Source: Desulfobacteraceae bacterium (GTDB taxonomy: Bacteria; Desulfobacterota; Desulfobacteria; Desulfobacterales; Desulfobacteraceae). From it: a stretch of 64,000 nt of DNA. The translations under genes and the position numbers were made by a program. Below the pieces are notes generated by a model that saw only the letters and a list, made by a program, of their open reading frames with translations, did no database searches and was not told the DNA's origin. Shown here piece by piece: positions 57,796-64,000 of this stretch (position 1 is its first letter; each line of letters starts with the position of its first letter). The DNA lies in contig JAAEMK010001003.1 of NCBI GenBank assembly GCA_024225635.1, positions 3,740 to 67,739 on the forward strand, read 5' to 3'.

Positions 57796-58901
57796 AAAAG
57801 ATCAAAGTTCTATTTGTAATAAGTTCTATGGAAGGCGGAGGAGCCCAACGAGTTGTTAGTAGAATTCTTCAGAGCTTAAATTCTGACTTGTTTGATCCGC
57901 AATTAGCTTTGGTACGCAAAAGTGGCCCGTTTTTAAAAGATATTCCCTCCCATGTGACCGTTATAGATCTGAAATCGTCAAAAGCAAGATTTGCAATATT
58001 TAAATTATTGAAATTATGTCGGGATGTCAACCCTGATATTGTTTTTTCAAATCTTGGATACATAAATGTATTGATTGCATTGTTTCGTTTTCTGTTGCCT
58101 AAAAGAACAGTTTTTATTGCTAGGGAAACAGATATTCCGAGTGTCTCAATTCCAAACAGCAATTATCCAAGGTTGCTTAAGGTAATGTACGAAGTTTTAT
58201 ACCCTAAAATTGATATGATAGTATGCCAATGCAAGTATATGAAAAATGATCTTATCAATAAATTTTGTATTTCACCTGAGCAGACAATAATTATAAATAA
58301 TCCTGTTGATGAAATTGATATTGATCAATTTAACGATAATTCGAATGGTTTGTATGATAAAGGTTTGTTTAATGTCTTGGCGGTGGGGAGAATGTCACAT
58401 GTAAAAGGGTATGACTTGTTGCTAAAAGCAATGACCCTTGTAAAAAATAGTAGAATTCACTTGACTATATTAGGAGATGGTCATAAACGCAGCGATCTTG
58501 AAGACTATATAAAAGAAAAGAATCTTTCCGAAAAGGTTACACTGGCGGGTTTTCAGGAAAATCCATACAAATATATGGCTAATGCCGATCTAATGGTTTC
58601 GTCAGCACGAATTGAATCATTTTCGAATGCAGCTATAGAGGGTAATGCATGCGGAGTACCTATCCTTGCATTTAAGTGTCCTGGTGGTAATGAAGAAATA
58701 ATTGATGAAGGAATAAATGGATGGCTTGTTGAATCAGGGGATATAGATTCGTTTGCAATGAAAATTGATAGTCTTGTTGGGGTAAAAAAACAAAGTGAAA
58801 AAATCATAGAACATATTTATAAAAAGTATAATTCCAAGAATATCGTTTCTCAATATGAAAAACTGTTTTTGAAGGTTGCAAATATTAGGCAGGCTTTATA
58901 G
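57792..58901 (+). CDS. Glycosyltransferase family 4
   Basis: GGGAQRV, INNPVD, VGRMSHVKGYDLL, GFQENPYKYM, ESFSNAAIEG. Confidence 0.9.
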   Translation: MKKIKVLFVISSMEGGGAQRVVSRILQSLNSDLFDPQLALVRKSGPFLKDIPSHVTVIDLKSSKARFAIFKLLKLCRDVNPDIVFSNLGYINVLIALFRFLLPKRTVFIARETDIPSVSIPNSNYPRLLKVMYEVLYPKIDMIVCQCKYMKNDLINKFCISPEQTIIINNPVDEIDIDQFNDNSNGLYDKGLFNVLAVGRMSHVKGYDLLLKAMTLVKNSRIHLTILGDGHKRSDLEDYIKEKNLSEKVTLAGFQENPYKYMANADLMVSSARIESFSNAAIEGNACGVPILAFKCPGGNEEIIDEGINGWLVESGDIDSFAMKIDSLVGVKKQSEKIIEHIYKKYNSKNIVSQYEKLFLKVANIRQAL

Positions 58902-59045
58902 CTGTTATGAATAGTGATAAAACTCTGATTGAGGGTTTATGTTGCCATGATAAGATTAAGCTGACGAATAATATATGCTATGAGTAAAATGGTGTTCTAA
59001 ATATATAATAAAAACAGCCAACTATAATGTGGAAATGATGTTAGA

Positions 59046-60128
59046 ATGAAAAATAAAACGATACTTACATTGATCAATACTGTATGTCATTCAAACATGG
59101 CATATAATGAATTTGTTCTTCCTTTAAAAGAAAAAAATCGATTTATAATTTGTTCTGTGTTTGAAGATGAACTAATTCCAGAAGTTGAATCTTACAATTC
59201 CAAGGGAAATGTTCTTAAATATGTTAAGTCCCTAAAATCTCAAATTTTCAATGCACAATTTGATATCGTTCATATTCATTCATGCCAAACAGCCATCATG
59301 TTTTTTATTGTTGCATTGTTCACAAAACCATCACTCTTTAAACAAACGGTTATGACAGTACATAGTTCATTTAACGTTTTTAATATTAGAAATCGTCTAA
59401 TCTTATTACCCTGCTTTTTGTTTTTTAAAAAGATAGTTTGTTGTAGTAGATCAAGTTATGAAACTTTCCCTGGATTGTACAAGTTTATCGCAGGAAAGAG
59501 GCTTGGCTTTATTAATAATGGAGTAAATATAGATCGTGTTGATACTGCGATTTTTAAAGGTACTTTACCCAAAATCGTTCCAAATAATCAGAAAGTAATC
59601 CTTAGCGTTGCTGCCTATAAAAAGATAAAAAATCATGAAACTTTGATTAAAGCATTTTGTAATATTAAATTTCGTAATACAACTCTTTGCTTAATTGGGA
59701 AAGGTGAACGCCTTTCAAAAATAAAAAAAATGGTACAAGAATTGGGGTGTAATGATAATGTTGTTTTTATAGAACACCTTGATCGCGATGAAGTTTTTCG
59801 GTATATGAAGATGGCTGACATCTTTGTTTCAACTTCAATGGGTGAAGGACTTCCTATCTCTGTTCTTGAAGCTATGGCGTGTGGGGCCCCTGTTATTTTA
59901 TCAGATATTTCACCCCATAAAATAATTGTCGAGCACTTGAAAGGTATAAGTCTAATTCCTTTGGGAAATTACAAAAGTTTTGCATTAGCCATCGATCGTT
60001 TGCTAAATTTGTCACGTGTAAAAATGGATCGTCTTGGTGAAACGTGTAGGGAAAAGGTCGAAAATGAATTTTCATTAAATAGTATGCTGTCTGCATATGA
60101 ACAAATTTATGACCAATTAAATTTATAG
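59046..60128 (+). CDS. Glycosyltransferase family 4
   Basis: DIVHIH, INNGV, KNHETLIKAF, EGLPISVLEAMACGAPVILSD. Confidence 0.9.
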   Translation: MKNKTILTLINTVCHSNMAYNEFVLPLKEKNRFIICSVFEDELIPEVESYNSKGNVLKYVKSLKSQIFNAQFDIVHIHSCQTAIMFFIVALFTKPSLFKQTVMTVHSSFNVFNIRNRLILLPCFLFFKKIVCCSRSSYETFPGLYKFIAGKRLGFINNGVNIDRVDTAIFKGTLPKIVPNNQKVILSVAAYKKIKNHETLIKAFCNIKFRNTTLCLIGKGERLSKIKKMVQELGCNDNVVFIEHLDRDEVFRYMKMADIFVSTSMGEGLPISVLEAMACGAPVILSDISPHKIIVEHLKGISLIPLGNYKSFALAIDRLLNLSRVKMDRLGETCREKVENEFSLNSMLSAYEQIYDQLNL

Positions 60129-60716
60129 TCCTATAACATAAGCATAAGAAAAATAATTAATTCTATTAATCGGATTTAGGCATTACGAGTATGGGTAAAG
60201 ATCGTTTCAAATAATGAAATGTAGCTATTTGAATTAATGACAAAAAATATAATCGTTTAGCAAGCTCAATAGTCGCGATATGACGAATTGATTCATTAAG
60301 GGATGTAGAGGTTTTAAGTAAAAAGATAGGGTGCTTGACCTGAAATTATTGTTTATACATCTTAATGATAGCTCTCTATTAGGCTGAAGAAAGATAATAA
60401 TCTGATGCTTTATTTCCTGATTGTTGATGGGAAACGACAATTTTGTCGTCTATATCTTTTCGGTGTTTCGTAAGTCTCTTTTGATTGTAACACGTCAATT
60501 GTATTCGTAATTTTACTGTAGGTGGGGGTGAAGGTAGGTTATGTGCCACGTCTGTGGTATTGATTGTAATTTAAGATATTTGTATTGAAACAGAATATAA
60601 CAAGTCAGCGATCTTTATGCTCCGGAAAGAGATTAAATACACTTGATCAATGCAGGGAATTGTAAATAAATCACTAAAAAATAGGAGAAGAGCTATATCG
60701 TAGCTAACTTTCTAAA

Positions 60717-61415
60717 ATGATAATTGAAATAACAGGCGTTCCTGGATCTGGAAAAACAACCATTATCAATCAATTGATAGCAAATCCTAAAAATAATTGT
60801 ACCTTGTTTTCGCCTGAATTGATTTGTCAATTCCTGCACATGAAAATATTCCCCTTATTTGTAAAAAAAATAATTTCAGATATCTTTTTGGTGTTTATTC
60901 TGGCTTGTAATTTGTTTAAATATAAAGAGATTCTGTTTGTGGGGTTTCTGAAGGTAATGCAAACTAATGAAAGCTTAATTTTTAAGCTAAATATTTTCCG
61001 AAATATTATGTTGAAAATTGCTGGGTTTGAAGCGGGTGTTACAATTTTTAAGAAAAAAAGATTGCTATTTGATGAAGGGATCTCTCACATTCCTTTTAAT
61101 CTTGCAGATTATACTAATTTCGAACAGCAAACATTAACAACAAGCATAAAGCTACTTGCCGGCCCATATTCAAATGTTAACTTGCTTCTAATTGATCATT
61201 GTCAGATCGACATAGTAAAACGATTGAAATGCAGAGGTCATAAACGGCTTCTTAAAGGTGGTTATGATTGTCAGAAATTTGTGGACACTAACCATGAAAT
61301 TTTCGAACTGATGAATAAAAATTCAGATAAGTATAAATGGTTTTGTTGTTGGGAACCAACTTCACAAGGCGGCATTAATCTTTTAATTGAATCGGTTAAA
61401 GAGTTAAAATGTTAA
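60717..61415 (+). CDS. P-loop nucleotide-kinase-like protein
   Basis: IIEITGVPGSGKTT, LLFDEG, lid-like KRLKCRG. The stop overlaps the next gene. Confidence 0.7.
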   Translation: MIIEITGVPGSGKTTIINQLIANPKNNCTLFSPELICQFLHMKIFPLFVKKIISDIFLVFILACNLFKYKEILFVGFLKVMQTNESLIFKLNIFRNIMLKIAGFEAGVTIFKKKRLLFDEGISHIPFNLADYTNFEQQTLTTSIKLLAGPYSNVNLLLIDHCQIDIVKRLKCRGHKRLLKGGYDCQKFVDTNHEIFELMNKNSDKYKWFCCWEPTSQGGINLLIESVKELKC

Positions 61416-62839
61416 AATTGATTGAAAAACTTCTTTGTCAGCTTGAATCGACTCAAATAAAATATTGTCACTGGAAAAACAATCATGCCTTGGGAGATGC
61501 TTTGCAAGGTAATGATGACCTTGATCTGTTAGTTGAATTTTCACAAAGAGCAGAGTTTTATCGTGTCATATATCGCCTTGGTTTTAAAGAAGCTTCCAAT
61601 CGGATAATCAGTTATCCGTATATATATCATTTTTATGGACTGGACAAAGACAGCTGTAAAATTGTCCATCTGCATATTCATTTTAAAATTATTACAGGAG
61701 AATCTCATTTAAAAAATTTCCATTTACCCATGGAAAATGTCGTATTAAATAACTCAGAGATAGGCCCAGAAGGCATAAGGGTCCCTGATAAAGAGTTGCA
61801 GCTAATTCTTTATCTTATAAGATATTATTTGAAAATATCCTGCATCCCAGGCATTTTGTTACTGAATAAAAATAAAGACTATATTGATTCTGAATTTAGG
61901 TTTGTTAATTGTAGTTCGGGAAGCGAAAATGTCGATGGTTATCTTGAAAACAATGCTATCTTAAACCAAAAACTATTTTGGTTGTTATATGAAAATTATT
62001 CAAACTCTTTGATAAAAAAAGCTGCATTGGGTATATTTTTACGTTTTCATTTGTCATTTCTAAGAAGGCATAATCCAATATACGATTTTATATTGCGGTA
62101 TTTTCAGATATCTTATCGGGCTGTCAATAAACTATTCTTACATAAGAAGAAATCTTTCAATGAAACTGGGTTAGTTGTGGCCGTAACAGGGTTAGATGCG
62201 ACAGGGAAATCTACTGTGACTGCATCTTTGACAGAATTGTTTCAAGAAAAATTTAATTGCAAATATGTTCATGTGGGTATACCCCCCGCGACAATCTCAA
62301 CCTATCCTTTCCGGATCCTTTTAAACATTCGTAATATGCTAAAAAGACATTCTCCGAATTTAAGCTCTACTGTACCTTCACGCAAAAGAAATTTTTTATT
62401 TGCTCTTCGATACACAGTTCTTGCTTTCGAAAGGTATTGTTTGATAGTGAAAGTGTACCGATTGAAACTGAAAGGCTATATTGTTATTTGTGACCGCTTC
62501 CCATCTCTTGATGTTGGAAAAATGGACAGTCCCAGAATCGGGTTTAATAGAAACGACAATAAAATTATAAGACTTATAGGTAAAATCGAAGGGGAAATGT
62601 ATAAAAGAATTCCTAAACCCGATATTGTTTTTAATTTGCAAGTTCCAATAGAGATAGCTCTGGAAAGGAATCGTGAAAGGATAAAGTCGGGCAAGGAAAC
62701 AGATACAGAATTGCGTTGTAGATATGCTGAAAATTCTAATTTGACGTACGATGCTCATGAATTCTATGAAGTTGACACAACATGTTCATTGTCCAGTGTT
62801 ATAAAAGTGTTATTAACTGAAATTTGGAAAAAGCTATAA
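61409..62839 (+). CDS. Nucleotidyltransferase-like / thymidylate-kinase-like fusion protein
   Basis: N-terminal YCHWK...GNDDLDLLV...VHLHIH; C-terminal AVTGLDATGKST, ICDRFP, PDIVFNL.V...ALERN. Confidence 0.72.
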   Translation: MLKLIEKLLCQLESTQIKYCHWKNNHALGDALQGNDDLDLLVEFSQRAEFYRVIYRLGFKEASNRIISYPYIYHFYGLDKDSCKIVHLHIHFKIITGESHLKNFHLPMENVVLNNSEIGPEGIRVPDKELQLILYLIRYYLKISCIPGILLLNKNKDYIDSEFRFVNCSSGSENVDGYLENNAILNQKLFWLLYENYSNSLIKKAALGIFLRFHLSFLRRHNPIYDFILRYFQISYRAVNKLFLHKKKSFNETGLVVAVTGLDATGKSTVTASLTELFQEKFNCKYVHVGIPPATISTYPFRILLNIRNMLKRHSPNLSSTVPSRKRNFLFALRYTVLAFERYCLIVKVYRLKLKGYIVICDRFPSLDVGKMDSPRIGFNRNDNKIIRLIGKIEGEMYKRIPKPDIVFNLQVPIEIALERNRERIKSGKETDTELRCRYAENSNLTYDAHEFYEVDTTCSLSSVIKVLLTEIWKKL

Positions 62840-62854
62840 TAGGCGGGAATATCG

Positions 62855-63979
62855 ATGAAAATACTGCTGTTTGCAAACACTGATTGGTACTTATATAATT
62901 TTCGCCTTTCTTTATCAAAAGCAATTAGAGCCTCTGGACATTCAGTCGTTCTTGTCTCTCCTCCAGGGAAGTATGGGGAATTATTAAAGAAAGAAGGATT
63001 CGACTGGGTTCCTTTTCAACTGAAACGACGTAGTTTGAATCCGATAGCTGAGTTTGCTGTGATAATGCGACTGGTTCAATTATATCGGAGATTAAAACCT
63101 GATGTCGTGCATCATTTCACCGTTAAATGTGTGGTTTATGGTTCGCTTGCAGCAAAAATTGCAAAAATCAAGAAAAGAGTCAATGCAGTTGCTGGAATGG
63201 GACTGGTCTTTTCTAGTAAAAAAAAGTCAATCCGGATTCTTCGTCCTTTCGTTATAGAACTTTTTCGATTTGCGTTATCTGGAAAGGATTCTTACTTAAT
63301 ACTTCAGAATCCTGATGATCAAAAGGTTTTTATTGACAAAAAATTAATAAAGGCTGAAAAAATTCATTTGATACGTGGGTCTGGCGTTGATGTGAATCTA
63401 TTTTGCCCTAAACCGCACAATAATCAGTTAGATGGAAAATGTGTTAATTTCCTATTGGCATCAAGAATGCTCTGGGATAAAGGAATTGGGTTATTTGTTG
63501 AGATCGCAAAATCTTTTAAAGATGATAAATGTGTTAATTTTTATCTGGCTGGGGAACCAGACCCGGGTAATCCCAATTCGGTTCCAGTTGAGGTTTTACA
63601 TAAATGGAATGATGAAGGTTTAATTCAATATTTAGGCCATGTTCCTCACATGGATAAATTGCTGTCAAAAATTGATGTCTTAATTCTTCCAACAACATAT
63701 GGTGAGGGTGTCCCCCGTATACTGATAGAGGGGGCTGCTTATGGGCTACCACTCATAGCTACTGATGTCCCAGGCTGTAAGGAAATTGTTATCCATGGTT
63801 TCAATGGTATACTTATAAAGCCTGGCGATTTAAATAGATTTAAGAAAACAGTAGACCTCCTTGTTCGTAATCCTGAAAAGCGTTTGATGATGGGCCAAAG
63901 ATCAAGACAACTCACTCTTGAAGAATTTGATGAAGAAATTGTTATTCGCAAAACAATGGCTCTTTATTCAAAAAACTGA
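62855..63979 (+). CDS. Glycosyltransferase family 4 (CapM/PglA-like)
   Basis: NTDWYLYNFRL, PDVVHHFTVK, ILQNPDD, GSGVD, SRMLWDKG, GEGVPRILIEG, TDVPGCKE. Confidence 0.92.
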   Translation: MKILLFANTDWYLYNFRLSLSKAIRASGHSVVLVSPPGKYGELLKKEGFDWVPFQLKRRSLNPIAEFAVIMRLVQLYRRLKPDVVHHFTVKCVVYGSLAAKIAKIKKRVNAVAGMGLVFSSKKKSIRILRPFVIELFRFALSGKDSYLILQNPDDQKVFIDKKLIKAEKIHLIRGSGVDVNLFCPKPHNNQLDGKCVNFLLASRMLWDKGIGLFVEIAKSFKDDKCVNFYLAGEPDPGNPNSVPVEVLHKWNDEGLIQYLGHVPHMDKLLSKIDVLILPTTYGEGVPRILIEGAAYGLPLIATDVPGCKEIVIHGFNGILIKPGDLNRFKKTVDLLVRNPEKRLMMGQRSRQLTLEEFDEEIVIRKTMALYSKN

Positions 63980-64000
63980 CTTTTTCTCAATAGCATCTTT

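Noticed and set aside
60129..60716. 590-bp gap possibly holding a gene or ncRNA
   Set aside because: Only a short antisense ORF without motifs; no convincing structure seen.

Overview
A 64 kb bacterial chromosomal window. Gene content and sequence style suggest a Desulfobacterales-type sulfate reducer (inference only). In order: the 3' end of an IlvY-like LysR regulator; a Thermotoga-like DisA diadenylate cyclase and a TPR gene divergent from recC-recB-recD; a REP-like inverted repeat; a GAF-GAF-PAS-HisKA sensor with no ATPase domain; two PrsT-like TPR proteins; a membrane protein ending in a RelE-like domain; an ExeA-like ATPase-OmpA fusion; rmlBAC; a degraded teneurin-like Rhs toxin/immunity array; lysA; a regulator fusing an apparently inactive tyrosine-recombinase domain to GntR-FCD, divergent from a peptide ABC transporter/amidohydrolase operon and next to phased AATGTTAAC repeats; a second REP cluster; ppdK; an ABC-F ATPase; a PilB with an N-terminal MshEN motif and a C-terminal cNMP-binding domain; and a sigma54-preceded surface polysaccharide cluster that becomes AT-rich after about 50.5 kb. 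I saw no rRNA, tRNA, CRISPR array or intact transposase. All family calls come from motif recognition by eye, with no database searches. The best candidate for an undescribed system is the recombinase-domain/GntR fusion with its repeat array.
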